Shown: positions 41,768-53,422, counted from the first letter of the stretch. The stretch: DNA of 64,000 nucleotides from an uncultured delta proteobacterium (GCA_963808625.1 CAWEHK010000008.1:128001-192000), one strand, 5' to 3'. The notes: generated by a model from the letters alone, not told the origin. Program-made: numbers and translations.

Positions 41768-41900
41768 ACCCTTATCCCTGTGTCTCCCCCTCCCCTTATC
41801 CCTGTGTCTCCCCCTCCCCTTCTCCCCGCGCCTCCCCCTCCCCTTATCCCCGCGTCTCCGTGTCTCCCCGTCCCCGTGTCTCCCCTTCCCTTCTTCCCCC
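41755..41900. repeat. Pyrimidine-rich short tandem repeats (8/24-bp period)
   Basis: (TGTCTCCCCCTCCCCTTATCCCTG)n-like tract. Confidence 0.8.
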
Positions 41901-41909
41901 CCAGCCGCC

Positions 41910-42356
41910 TCATACCAGATGAATGATCTCGACGTTGCCCCATTGATCGGCCAGGTATTCGGCCACGAGGCGGCGGTGGCAGAATTGCGGGGTTTCCTCA
42001 CTGCACAGGAGACAGCTCCGGTGGATGAGGTCCTTCGGGACGAGCCTCTCGATCTGCCGCTGAGCGATGAGTTTCCAGGAAATCTCTTTCGTAGGCCGAC
42101 CAGTCGCCGCCGCTCTTGCGGAAGGCATCGAGGAGCTCTTTGGTGGGGGCGAGTTCGAGCCGGTGCACGTAGTCGGCGCCGCAGAGGGCTTTGAGAAAAA
42201 CCGCAGGTCATCCCGTTTGGCAAAACCGGCGAGCTGGGAGACATTATTCAGGCGGATGTCAACGATCCGTTGAACGCCGGCCCGGGAGAGCATCGTAAAA
42301 AACTGCTCGGCTGATTTTTTCGTAAAACCGATGGTGAAGAGCTTTATTCGTTCCAT
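41910..42356 (-). CDS. DUF488-family protein (compensating internal frameshifts)
   Basis: LFTIGFTKKSAEQFF, DIRLNNVSQLAGFAK, CLLCSE...CHRRLVAEYL. Confidence 0.88.
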   Translation of the reverse strand: MERIKLFTIGFTKKSAEQFFTMLSRAGVQRIVDIRLNNVSQLAGFAKRDDLRFFSKPSAAPTTCTGSNSPPPKSSSMPSARAAATGRPTKEISWKLIAQRQIERLVPKDLIHRSCLLCSEETPQFCHRRLVAEYLADQWGNVEIIHLV

Positions 42357-42978
42357 GACTGCTGTCCCTCGGCTTCTGGATCAACTTCTTGCGGGTATCA
42401 TCATCCCTGACGTAAGCGATTCTCTCGCCCTGGATGTCGTAAGCCCGCTGAATCAAATCTTCCGGGCGGTCGAACATCCGCAGCTGGCGCATTTTGAGCT
42501 CGATCATCAGGCGCCGTTCCGATTCCTGAAGGGTCTCGAGCCTGCCATCCTCCAAAATGTGGCAGATGGCTATCGGGTCAGACCGCAGCGCGCGGCACAC
42601 CAGGATCATCCGGTGGCAGGAATCGGATCTTTTTCCGCACACATGAGGGCAATGCGATAGGCTTCTCATGCCCGTGCGCACGCGCTCGAGGCCATGCTGA
42701 AAAACTTCGGTCTGAGCCAGGCGCCCATACTGAACCTTGCCGTTCAGGTAACAGGCCGGGTCTTCACTGCGCGGCCCGAGCTCGGCGCCGAGAAAAACAT
42801 AGGCAAGGTGATTTTCCTTCAGCGCTTTCTGTAGCGGTTCACGATTGTACTGGGGGTTGAATTTGCTGTAGGGGCTCGAACGCACATCGCCAACGGCGGT
42901 GATGGCGTGCATTTTCAGCAGTTCCATGAAGTGTTCGAGATCGTGATTGGAATGACCGATGGTGTATAGTTTATTCAT
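42344..42978 (-). CDS. DUF488-family protein (second subtype; frameshifts)
   Basis: LYTIGHSNH, DVRSSPYS, YVFLGAELG, IALMCAEKDP..CHR (across a frameshift), HILEDG. Confidence 0.88.
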
Positions 42979-43002
42979 CTCCCGATCCCGTAAACACGTA
43001 TA

Positions 43003-43700
43003 TCACCTTCGGGTGTTCCTGGAGCCCGCATCAACTGGCGGCAGGATGATGCCGGCCACCAGCTTGTAGCAGAAGCCTTCGAACGGTTCACTGATGCTGA
43101 CCGTCAGGTAGGACGGAACGCCCGTCAACGGGATAGCGGCCGGAAGCCGACTGCAGATAGCGGGCCTCGATGGCCGGATCGGTGACTGTCAGCCGGTAGG
43201 TTTCTCCCTTATAAGCGAATTCCGACCAGATCTTTTGCAACCCCCGAATGCCCTCCCCAACGACGATGAAGAGGTCTTCCGGCTGAATGAAGAGCAAGGA
43301 CGAGGACAGCGCCCGGCGAGTTCCAACGGCATGCGGTCATGCCGTCCGTTGAAGCTGTGGTAGCCGTTTATCCACAAACACTCTACGTCATCGCAGAGTT
43401 CCGGCAGCCGGGCGAAGGGGAAAGCGCCGTTCCGGACCCACCGGCCCTCGGCGGTACGGTGGTTTTCCGTTTGGTAAGCATGCGGGCAGGCTTCCTTCAC
43501 ATGGATGGTGATGATGTCCAGCAGCTTCGGCGCTTCTCCGTTTTGCATGCGCGATGTCGGTAGGCCCGAGCTCGCCCGTTGCTTCCCCGCTGACCGGCCT
43601 GATCCAGCCGCCGATGCCATCCCCGAGCAATTCCTTGCCCGCGACGCAGCACCCCGAGTATTTGCGGGAATTGGCCAGGCAGACGATTTTCCTGGTCTCG
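43003..43700 (-). CDS. Dual OB-fold-containing domain protein (frameshifted; possibly fused to RecQ)
   Basis: KIVCLANSRKYSGCCVAGKE...WIRPVS, PKLLDII, YQTEN, YRLTVTDP, YLTVSISEPF..CYKLVAGII. Confidence 0.75.
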
Positions 43701-43749
43701 TGCTGGCCGGGTAATTGCGGGCGCCGGAGGCAAAGCTGCCCGGGTCATG

Positions 43750-45987
43750 GAGACTCAAAAAGTGCAGGCGGATCACTTTGAAGATCATCATAGCCGACTT
43801 CCTCGTTCAAGGCTTCGAAGACCGGCCGGAGATATTGCGGACCAAGCTCTTCGAAGCGCGGCCATCGCCCTCGATAACTGGTCTTCGGGAACGGTCAGGC
43901 GCGCTTCGAATCCTCCGGGCCGTAGCGCATATCCGGCCTGAGAGTATCGAAAGAGATGATCCAGAACCGTCGCCTCCTTGATGCCGAATTCTCTGCGCCA
44001 GATCAGCAACGGATTGCCCGGCGTTGAACGCCTCGCCAATCACGATGTGCCGCCGCCTCCCGCCCGCCCTCGGCGCTGGCTGGGAGGCGGCTCGGGCGGG
44101 TGCCGAGGAATGGCCTCGATGGAACGATCCCGGCAATAGCTCTCGATGATCGACATGAAAGTGGCGCCATAGCTTCTCGAGCTTCGCTTCTCCAACGCCA
44201 TGGATGGTGAGCATGCCTTCCGCGGTCTGCGGAGGAAGGCGGCCATTTCGACCAGAGTGCGGTCGGAGAAGATCACATACGGAGGGAGTTTCGCGGCACG
44301 CTGCCAGCTCCCTGCGCTGCTGCCGCAACACCTCGAACAGCTCCTGATGGCAGGGCATCGGCCCTGTCTCCGCATCTTTCGCGGCAGCCTCACCGCAAAC
44401 AGTTTCTGATGGCGGGAAGCGGCCCTTCACCGGCATCTTTCCCCGGCGGCCGCGCCTCTTCGTGGGGGGCATCGATGCGGCAGCAGAAGGTTTCCCGGCC
44501 TTTGAGCACCTCCCATGCCCTGGCGCTCAGACGCAGTCCGCCGAAGTCCGCATCTTCGATCATAAGCCCCTGGTGAAGAAGCTGCCGCGCGAGCTGCTGC
44601 CACTGCTTGCGAGAATATTCCTTGCCGATGCCGTAAGTCGAAAGCTGGTCGTGCCTGCGGTTGAGGACCTTGTTCGCTCGCGAACCCAGCAGGACATCAA
44701 TGATATGATTGGCGCCAAAGTACTCGCCCGTGCGTTTGACACAGGACAGAAACTTCTGGGCCGGGATCGTTGCGTCCGTCGTTTCCCGTTCGCCGGCAAG
44801 GCAATTGTCACACATGCCGCACGAGGCGTCGGGAAAGGCCTCGCCAAAGTAGTTGAGCAGCGGAATGCGCCGGCAGACCTCGGATTCGACCAGCTTTATC
44901 ATGGCGTTGAGCTGCAGGTTGGCGGCCCTTCGGTCGAGGCCTTCCTTGTTCGCATGGAAAGTACTTGATCTTATGGATGTCCCCATAGGAAAAGAGCAGC
45001 AGGCATTCGGCCGGCAAGCCGTCTCGACCGGCGCGGCCGATTTCCTGGTAATAGCTTTCGATGCTTTTGGGCAGATCATAGTGAAGCACGAAGCGGATGT
45101 TCGATTTGTTGATCCCCATCCCAAAGGCGATGGTTGCCACAATGATGCGGACCTCATCCCGGACGAACCGCTCCTGGTTCCGATTCCGCTCCGTATCGGA
45201 CAAACCCGCGTGGTACGGGGAGGCGGAGAAACCCTCCCGGTTCAGAGCGACGACAGAGTTCATCAACCTGCCTGCGGGTAAAACAGTAAATGATGCCGGA
45301 TTCATTCGAGAATTTATTCAGGAAGGCGATGGCCTGGCGGAAGGGATCTTCTTTGGGGACGAAACGGATAAGGAGATTTTCCCGGTTGAAACTGGCAACG
45401 AATTCACTGGCATCGTCGAACCCCAGGCTGGCCTTGATGTCCTGCCGCACGCGCGGGGTTGCGGTCGCCGTGAGGGCGAGGCACACGGCCTCGGGCATCG
45501 CGGCTCGAACCTCAGCCAGTTGGCGATACTCGGGACGGAAATCCGGTCCCCATTCGGAGATGCAGTGAGCCTCATCAATCGCCAGGCAGGATACCGGGAC
45601 GGATTCAAACAGGCTGCGCACATTCGGCTTGAGCAGGGTCTCCGGCGCCACATAGAGCATCCTGGCCTGGCCTCGGCGCAGCCTTTCCACATTGCGCCGA
45701 TAATCCTCGGGGGACAAGGCGCTGTTCAGCAACACCGCCGGGACCGCCAACTCGGCAAGCTGTTCGACCTGGTCCTTCATGAGCGAGATGAGGGGTGACA
45801 CGACAATGGTGAGCCCTTCGAAGATCAGCGCAGGGACCTGGTAGCACAGTGATTTGCCGCCGCCGGTAGGCATCACCGCGAGCGTGTCCCGGCGTCGGAG
45901 CACGTTTTCGATGACCTCTTCCTGGAGAAAGATGAAGCCGTCGTACCCAAAGACCGACTTAAGGATATGTTTTGCCTGCTCGATCAC
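43750..45987 (-). CDS. recQ: ATP-dependent DNA helicase RecQ (several frameshifts; 3' end uncertain)
   Basis: MPTGGGKSLCYQ, IDEAHCISEWG, ALTATAT, ATIAFGMGINK, YYQEIGRAGRDG, CRR...CGMCDNC, RQC (STYGIG), HRDC (PPYVIFSD), C-terminal HTH (TVLDHL). Confidence 0.93.
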
Positions 45988-46004
45988 GATTTACTCCGGG
46001 GCGG

Positions 46005-46346
46005 TCAGGAAAGGTGCCGGAGGTCAACTATTTTGTTGTAGATCCAGCCGATCATCGCCCCACACGACGTCCCGACAGCAAAACCATAAAAAAAGCCAAT
46101 GATACTTCCAGAAAATGAAACCGTATATCCAATAAAGAATTGACTGAGAAGTTGTAGATGCGGCCCAACGACATATTCCCCCTGGGCGTTGATATGTCCG
46201 CCTTTGATCAAGAGCCAATTGGTCGCGATGAAGACCGCAAGGCCTATGAGAAGACCTAAAATTAGCCCAAAGATTTTGGCATTAAGCCTAAGGACCCCGA
46301 TAAACAATTTCTCTTCATCTGTTTCTCTATTGGTAGCCATGTTCAT
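46005..46346 (-). CDS. Small membrane protein homologous to the C-terminus of the upstream oxidoreductase
   Basis: ATNWLLIKGG...GPHLQLLSQFFIGYTVSFSGSIIG...IYN. Confidence 0.8.
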   Translation of the reverse strand: MNMATNRETDEEKLFIGVLRLNAKIFGLILGLLIGLAVFIATNWLLIKGGHINAQGEYVVGPHLQLLSQFFIGYTVSFSGSIIGFFYGFAVGTSCGAMIGWIYNKIVDLRHLS

Positions 46347-46352
46347 ATCCCA

Positions 46353-48191
46353 TCAGAAATGATCCAGGAAGTCTCTGAACGTCAGTACTTCTTCCTTCCT
46401 CTTAATTGAATAAATGTAATAGGCAAGGAAGAAATTCCTGAGGTATGCGAAAAGCCATCCGCCCAGAAATCCCCAGAGAAAGCTGTATGCCATGCCAATG
46501 AAGGCGCCTTTCACCGTTACCGAATAACCCAAGAAATACTGCCCGAGAAGCTCAAGACCCGGTCCTCGAACTTCGCCGCCCCATATGATTAACCATATGG
46601 TTGCGACAAAGGTGACGAAGCCGAAGACCGATCCCACGGCTGTAGCCAAGCCCAATTGGTCGATCCTGAGCATCATGCCGGCGAGGGCCTTCTTCAGGGC
46701 CGCCTGTTGTCCCGGTCCTTCCCTGATTTCCTCATGATATTCCTGTTCCTCATTGACTTCCCAGAGGTCATGATTTGCCCCTAGAATGTTTTCTGCCGCA
46801 AGCATCGCGGTCAGCATCGAGTGGTCCTGATTATTGTATTTGTGCATCCCATTGCGGCCCACACATTGAAAATTGACCACACCCAGCAGGAAGCGGCGCA
46901 CCTCCGCGAGCGATTCCCGATACGTTGAATCATAGATGGGATAAGCTTTGGGCATTCGTACCACAACACCATCTATAACGGCGTTTGCCTCGACCAATCC
47001 CAGGCGCTCCAATTCTTTTTTCCCGAGTTCGATCAATCCCTCATCGGGCATGGTCCAGAGACTGTCACCTTCGAAACAGAAGTATTCGAGCCCCAGACAG
47101 GTCCTGCCCGCATCAGGCACCATGAATGGGCTCCAATTCTTGAAGTTCTGGATCCTGCCCACTTTAACTTCAGGATCGTGGACATATATCCAATTGTCCG
47201 GAAAGACCTCACCTTGGTCGACGATAAGGGCTACCGTGAGGAAATCCCGGTACTTAAGATTTTCTGCCGCACCCAGCACGGCTGCCGGGACGGCGGGTTT
47301 GAACTTTGCGATGGCCTCCCGAATGGGCATGCTGCTGATGAAATCGGTGCCGTGGACCAGTTCTATATGCCCATGGCGTTCCACTTCCAGGGCCGTTACC
47401 CGGTTTCCGGACCACAAGATCCCGACGACCTCCGCTCCCTGCCAAACCTGGGAACCGTTTTTCTCCACGATATCCGCCGCCGTTTGCCACATCATGCCGG
47501 GACCGAATTTGGGATAGTCGAATTCCTCAATCAGGGTTTTGATCTTCTTGCTGCTCTGCGCACTGCGGATGAGGGCATTTTTCAGGGCGGTCAAGAGAGA
47601 AAGGCCCCGGATTCTCTGCGCCGCCCATTCGGCCCGGATTTCACTGCAGGGCATACCCCAGACTTTTTCCGAATAGGTCTTGAAAAAGGTCCTGTATAGC
47701 CGCTCCCCAAAACGGTTGACGACCCAGTGTTCGATCGTTTCTTCATTTTTCCAGGGGAACAGCCGGGCGTAAAGGAAGCTGAGCAGGACCAGGAAGCTGT
47801 TCCATATGCCCAGTCGGAACAGAGCATTGAGGGGGCGCAGAGGGTAGGCAAAGAATTTCTTGTTGTAGTAGATTCTCGAAAGTCTCTTGCGTCGAAGGAG
47901 GTCCTCGCCCAGCAGTTCCCTCCACAGATTATCCACTGACTTGATCTTCGTGAAAAAGCGATGCCCGCCGATATCAAAATAATAGCCGCGATGATTGACG
48001 GTCCTTGAAATCCCGCCAACCGTCCGGTCTTTTTCAAGCACAATCGATTCCACGCCGGCTTGAGCGAGAACATACGCTGCAGTCAGGCCCGCGGGACCGG
48101 CACCAACGACTACCGCTTTCCTGCTGTCGGACTTGTTGGGGGACTCCGCCATCACCGTCCCCCGGGTATTCTCAGCTGCCAAGGGAGCCAT
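46353..48191 (-). CDS. FAD-dependent oxidoreductase (HemY/UDP-galactopyranose mutase-like) with C-terminal membrane domain
   Basis: VVGAGPAGL, DIGGHRFF, FPDNWIY, GRNGMHKYNNQDHSM. Confidence 0.88.
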   Translation of the reverse strand: MAPLAAENTRGTVMAESPNKSDSRKAVVVGAGPAGLTAAYVLAQAGVESIVLEKDRTVGGISRTVNHRGYYFDIGGHRFFTKIKSVDNLWRELLGEDLLRRKRLSRIYYNKKFFAYPLRPLNALFRLGIWNSFLVLLSFLYARLFPWKNEETIEHWVVNRFGERLYRTFFKTYSEKVWGMPCSEIRAEWAAQRIRGLSLLTALKNALIRSAQSSKKIKTLIEEFDYPKFGPGMMWQTAADIVEKNGSQVWQGAEVVGILWSGNRVTALEVERHGHIELVHGTDFISSMPIREAIAKFKPAVPAAVLGAAENLKYRDFLTVALIVDQGEVFPDNWIYVHDPEVKVGRIQNFKNWSPFMVPDAGRTCLGLEYFCFEGDSLWTMPDEGLIELGKKELERLGLVEANAVIDGVVVRMPKAYPIYDSTYRESLAEVRRFLLGVVNFQCVGRNGMHKYNNQDHSMLTAMLAAENILGANHDLWEVNEEQEYHEEIREGPGQQAALKKALAGMMLRIDQLGLATAVGSVFGFVTFVATIWLIIWGGEVRGPGLELLGQYFLGYSVTVKGAFIGMAYSFLWGFLGGWLFAYLRNFFLAYYIYSIKRKEEVLTFRDFLDHF

Positions 48192-48215
48192 TATGAACGA
48201 TTCTCCTTCTCCGGC

Positions 48216-49674
48216 TCACCGGTCACTCTCGGTGGCACTATGCCAAGGTTTTTCGCCATCTGACGAGAGATTGGTTTCACCCAGGAACAAATAGAAGAGG
48301 AGAATCGCACCGGTCATTACCGTCAGTTTCAACAGGAGCAGGATGCCCGGAGCCGACCAGGATGCCGTGATCGCGTAGACGACCCCTGAGACCATAAGAC
48401 TCCCCAACAAGGCTTTCGCGGTCGGAAGAATTCCCCACAGGCGATAGGTGGCAAATGCCGAAGCCAGCGCCGCCCAACACGGCGCAGCAGGTGGTTACCG
48501 ACGCCGCCCCGATGGCGCCGAATCGCGGGATCATGACGAGGTGGCCGATGACGGCCAGGGGCACCAGGGGACCGCCCAGGGCAAAAGCCCAGACAGGCTT
48601 TCCGCCTGCCGTTAAAATGTTTGAGGAAACCGAGATAAAGACCATGGCAAGGGCCCCAAAAACCAGGATGGCGAGTACCGGCGCAGCAGAGGAATAGGCC
48701 GGGCCATAGACCAACACCGTGATCTCGGACGCGGCCCCGGCGGCCATGGCCGCAAACGGCAACAGCGCGATCACCGCTCGCTGGGCCTGACCGCCCATGT
48801 CCTTGGCGGAGCGGTCATGCTTGTCGATGAGCAGGCGGTTTATGGTGGAGAGCAGGAGCGGAGAAAAGGAGAGCACCAAAATGCCGGGAGGGATGATTGA
48901 CAGGTTTTGCGCCGCGCCATAAATGCCCGCCGCCGCGACACTGCCGCCCAGCACGGTGAGGGCAAAGAGATCCAGTTTTTCGAAGATTTGCATGCTCATC
49001 CCATAGGAAAACAGAGGGATCGAGTATTCCATGAATCTCCGCAGGGGAAAATGCGAACCGCCAGACAGGCCCGGACGAATAAAATACCGGCAGACCGCCA
49101 GTTCCGCGACGGTTGCGCCAATGTTGCCCAGGATGGCGCCGGGTACGGAAAGGCCCAGCTCAACCAGAAAGGCTATAAGGACCAATCTTGTGGTATAGCG
49201 ACCACCGCTGGCCAGTGCCCGCTGTCTGAAACCGCCGACACCGATAAGGATGTATTTGTGCGCCAGGACCAGCGAAAACAGGGGAACATCAAGGGCAAAG
49301 AGTCTCACATAATCAGCGATCAGGGGCTCACCCATCAGCGCAGCAAGCGGCGTGGCCAGCAAAAAGAGCAGGCCGGCCAGGGCGCAGCCCATGAGAAAAT
49401 GCATCCGCGTAAGATTTGCCCCAATTGGCTTCCAGTTCTCAGCCTCACTCACCAATTTGACCGTGGTGCGCGCGAACAGCGACGCGATGCTGGCTTCGGT
49501 CCACGCAATCAGGACCGCAGCAAGGGTGTAAAGGCCATACCCTGCCGGGCCGAGGCGGCGGGTCAGGAAGACGACGACCAGGAAACCGGTCGGCAAGGCT
49601 AAACCCTCACCGAGGAAGGACCACAAGGTGCCCTTGAGGGTGTGGCGAGCCGCTTGCGAAAATGACTCAGTCAT
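48216..49674 (-). CDS. Wzx-like oligosaccharide flippase (frameshift near 48450)
   Basis: TRRLGPAGYGLY, many TM helices, AGIYGAAQ, IPRFGAIGAA. Confidence 0.85.
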
Positions 49675-50779
49675 TTCTTCCTCGCACCCACGCCGAGAAG
49701 AATCCCAGGGTGTTTGCCGCCTGTGACACCAGCAGCAGCCACACAAGCAACATCCGCTGTCCAAGAGTCTGACTTGAAATCCCCCTGAATCCCCCTTTGC
49801 AAAAGGGGGACTTACTCTTGGCTGTCGGAGAACTTACGGTTCCCTTCATTTCGGAGGTTTTGTGACTCCCCCTTGGATGGAGGACTTACGGCTCCCCCCT
49901 TTGATAAAGGGGGGTTGGGGGGGATTTTGGAGTCGAGCGATCCGCAAAACCTGACTTTCTCGACAGCCTCTAAACGGGTAAAGGATCAAGTTCAGATAAA
50001 AGATTTTGGTTCAGGCAGGAAGGAACCTCGCCGCTTCCTCGGCGCGCACCCGGTGGAACAGGTAAGCCCCACAGCCGTAACCAAAATGCTGTCGCCAGAA
50101 ACTGCGGAACGTCAGAGCATGGGCGTGATAGACAATCGCTCTTGGCTCGTGAATCATGCCATATCCAAAGTCGAGCCAGCGCCGGCAAAGTTCCCTGTCT
50201 TCTGCTGCGGCAAGCGGATACCGGGGGTTGAAGCCGCCGACGAGGCGAAATCCCTTAGCCGGCATCGCCAGGTTATTGGAGGCGAGAAAACGTGAATGAA
50301 GAGGGTCCGCATTATAGTAGGAATGCAAATAGTCGATGAGCAGTTGACTGGCGGCTGAATAGCGGTTCTGCCGGAGGACATTGACGGTGCTCCCGCCGAC
50401 CGCACAATCCGGTGACGCGGCAACGCGGTCGGCCAGTCTCTTCAGCCAGTCGGCGGCAGGGACACAGTCGTCATCAAGGAACGACAAAAATTCACCTCTT
50501 GCGACCTCGGCACCGGTATTCCTGGCCACGGCAGGACCGGCATGCGGCTGCTCCAGAATGGTCAAGCTAAGGAATTCTTTGAGGTAGTCCAGTGGTTCTT
50601 TCCGGGGTTTCCCCTTGCCGTCGATAACCACGATGACCTCGAAGTGGTTCGCGGGGATAATCAAGACGAGCAAGGCCTTGCAGACAAACAAGGAGTTGTT
50701 CCGGGCGATTGTAGGACGGAATGATAATGGAAAAAGAGGGCCATCGCCGTCCCTTCGGGCAGCTCACCTCGGTCGTCAT
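49667..50779 (-). CDS. GT2 glycosyltransferase with a palindromic element inserted near the 3' end (frameshifts)
   Basis: SIIIPSYNR, GPAVARNTG, FLDDDC, GGFN...AEDRE. Tail LLLVSQAAN resumes after the insert. Confidence 0.8.
49776..49972. mobile_element. Palindromic/MITE-like insertion (CCCCCTTTG..AAAGGGGG hairpins; GGCTGTCG..AGAA inverted ends)
   Basis: GGCTGTCGGAGAACTT (49820) and GACTTTCTCGACAGCC (49953-49968), plus two CCCCCTTT/AAAGGGGG hairpins. Absent from the paralogous GT2. Confidence 0.65.
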
Positions 50780-51682
50780 TTCCCGTGCCTCTGCTCTCTC
50801 GTTCGCCTTGCCCATTCCCACAGGAAACCCGAGAAATTCGCCGCCTGGGACGCCATCAGCAGCAAGGAAATCAACAAGGATCGCCCTCCGGACTTCAGCC
50901 TGAAGGGATACCGCAACAAATTTGAATAGAACCTTCCAGGCTCCACCCGAACCCTCTCCTGTCCCCGGTTCGAGCGCACCTGCTGATAGAGGAACGCCCC
51001 GCGACCATACTTGAAATGCTGCTTGCAGAAGCTCCTGAAGGTCAAGTGGTGGGCATGGTAGACAATCGCCTCCGGGGCATAGGTCATACCGTAGCCACAG
51101 TACAGCCATCGGTCGCAGAATTCACGGTCTTCCGTGGAGATGCGAAGGGCAGGGTCGAAGCCTCCCAGTTCGCGGAAAAGCCTGGCCGGCAGGGCCAGAT
51201 TGTTGCCGGCAAAGAACGTAGCCCGGTTCGCGTCGGCATTGTAATAGGCGTAGAGGTAATCGATAAGAAGCTGGCTGGCTGCGGCATAAGGGTTGTCTTC
51301 GAGCTGATTGACCGTTCTTCCGCCAATGAGGCGATCCGGCGCAGCCGCAAAACGCGCCGCCAGGTTTGACAACCAGTCGGGAGCCGGAGCCGCATCGTCG
51401 TCCGTGAAGACCAGGAGTTCTCCCCGCGCCTGCCCGGCTCCGGCGTTTCGCGCCGGCCCACAACCCAGGTTTGGCTGGGTGAGCAGGACCAGGTTCAACC
51501 GGGAACGAAAGCGGAGCAATTATTGGTTCCAGCGGGATCTTGCTGCCATCATCCACGACGATGACCTCAAAACGGTCCCCCGGATAGTCCAACCGAGCAA
51601 GGGCTTGAAGACAGGCAGCAAGTTGTGCCGGGCGATTGTAGCTCGGGACAACGATAGAAATGAAAGTGTGTCTCTCGGTCAT
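50776..51682 (-). CDS. GT2 glycosyltransferase (frameshift near 51520)
   Basis: SIVVPSYNR, VVDDGS, GPARNAG, FTDDD, GGFD...EDRE. Confidence 0.9.
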
Positions 51683-51718
51683 CAAACTCAATCCCGTTTT
51701 GAAACGCTGCTGGCCCAC

Positions 51719-51872
51719 CTAGTACTAAAACGGGTACTTTCGCGTGAAACTCCAATCCGTGTGGGGCAGGCTTTCCAGCCTGCCATTTGGCCGAAGCTGG
51801 CCAAATGGCAGGCTGGAAAGCCTGCCCCACATGGATTAGGACCCCATGCGGAAAGCTCCGTTGTAGTACTAG
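51719..51872. mobile_element. MITE-like element with about 28-bp TIRs enclosing a perfect GTGGGGCAGGCTTTCCAGCCTGCC REP pair
   Basis: CTAGTACTAAAACGG... / ...CCGTTGTAGTACTAG. The inner 51760-51831 segment is a long perfect inverted repeat. Confidence 0.75.
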
Positions 51873-52139
51873 GAACCGGCCAAAAAGAACTTGCTCTCAT
51901 CCTGAGTCTACTGCAAACCACGAAACACACGAAAAACAGGAGGCTCTCTATTAACACGATTCAGCAGAATCACCAAGGCAAGTTGCCAGCTGCACGGTCT
52001 CTTCAACCGGCAGGACTTGCGCACTGCGAGGGCTGCAGTTCAGCGCGTCGATCTTGATTAGCGCATGCATAGCGGGCTATATTAGCACCCATCGAAACGT
52101 TCCGGCATCATATGAAAACAGGATCGTGATAAGGAGGGA

Positions 52140-53253
52140 ATGCTGCAGCGGATAGCGAACCTAAAGAAGAGAGGCCAGTTGCTGAGGGGGCTTGTCGATG
52201 GTCAGGCGGCTTTCACCGGACCCTACTACCTGGATGTGGAAGTTACCAGGCGCTGCAATATGTATTGCCTGGGTTGCCAATTCCATGCCTCAAAATCATG
52301 GGGGGCCGCCCCCGGCGACCATGCGGTGAAGGACATACCGCTATCGTTAGTTGAGCGGCTGTCCCGGGAACTGTCCAGGCTCAGCGTCCGTGAGGTGATC
52401 GTGATCGGCGAGGGAGAGCCTTTGTTGCATCCCCAGTTGTTTGACATCGTGGCGGCGTTCAAACAGGCCGGCTGCGGTGTCCATGATCTTCACCAACGGG
52501 ACTCTGATCGATGAAAACGTGGCCCGATCCATCCTGGATTCCGGTCTGGATGTCCTCAAAGTGTCCTTATGGGCAAGCAATTTGGAAGACTATAAGAAGA
52601 ATCATCCCGGGATTAACCCGAATAACTTTCAGAAGACCATGGATGGGGTGAAAATGGTTGCCGCCTTGAAAAAGGCGCGCGGCGCCAAGCGTCCTGCCAT
52701 CATCCTGACGCAACCGCTCAACCGCTACAATTACCGACCTGTCAGTGCCAGGATCGCCCTGGCGCAGTCCCTGGGTTGCGACGGCGTGCGCTTCTCGTGT
52801 TTCAATGCCTGGCAGAAAGAGTTCGCCGATGCCGACCTGACCGCGAAGGAAATCGACATCCTCCGCGAAGAATTGATCGAAGCCAAAAAGCACCTGCAAG
52901 CAATCCCCATGGTCCATAACATAGACAATGTCCTGCTGCGATACCGTTTGGGCGAAACCGCCTTTCGGAGCATTCCCTGCTATGCCGGATGGTTCTACAC
53001 GCGCGTCAAGGTAGATGGTACCGTGTTACCCTGCGGCTTCTGTTACTTCCCACTGGGCAACCTGACTGAAAGCAGCTTCGGAGAAATATGGAATGGGGCA
53101 AAGTACCGCTTCTTCCGCAGCCGGAGCTCAACCCTGACGGGCCTCGCGTCTCTCGGTGACTGCTGCAACTGCAACTGGTGTTGTTTCGTGGAAGATAACT
53201 TCCGCGTCCACAAATTCCTCAGATGGCTTGCTCCCTTTCGTGGAATCGGCTGA
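52140..53253 (+). CDS. Radical SAM/SPASM protein (frameshift near 52480)
   Basis: CNMYCLGC, GEGEPLLH, FTNG, CYAGW...DGTVLPC...GN...IWN...C..C. Confidence 0.9.
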
Positions 53254-53286
53254 AGTGCGGGGAGCTTCCGCCCCCACTCCAATGCT

Positions 53287-53422
53287 TAGAAACTGTCCAA
53301 AAATAACTTGCACCCATTTCAACCCTTTTTTTAACCACGAAAACGAGACACGAAGAAATCACTTTTTTCGTGATCTTCGGTGTTCGTGGTGAAAGAAGGC
53401 GCTTATTTTTGGACAACTTCTA
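53287..53422. mobile_element. MITE with 18-bp TIRs and TA flanks
   Basis: TA-GAAACTGTCCAAAAATAA ... TTATTTTTGGACAACTTC-TA, containing an ACCACGA..TCGTGGT palindrome. Confidence 0.75.

Noticed and set aside
41712..42244. ORFs with LCLPLPLS or RHRDKGRG repeats
   Set aside because: Translations of the non-coding pyrimidine tandem repeat.
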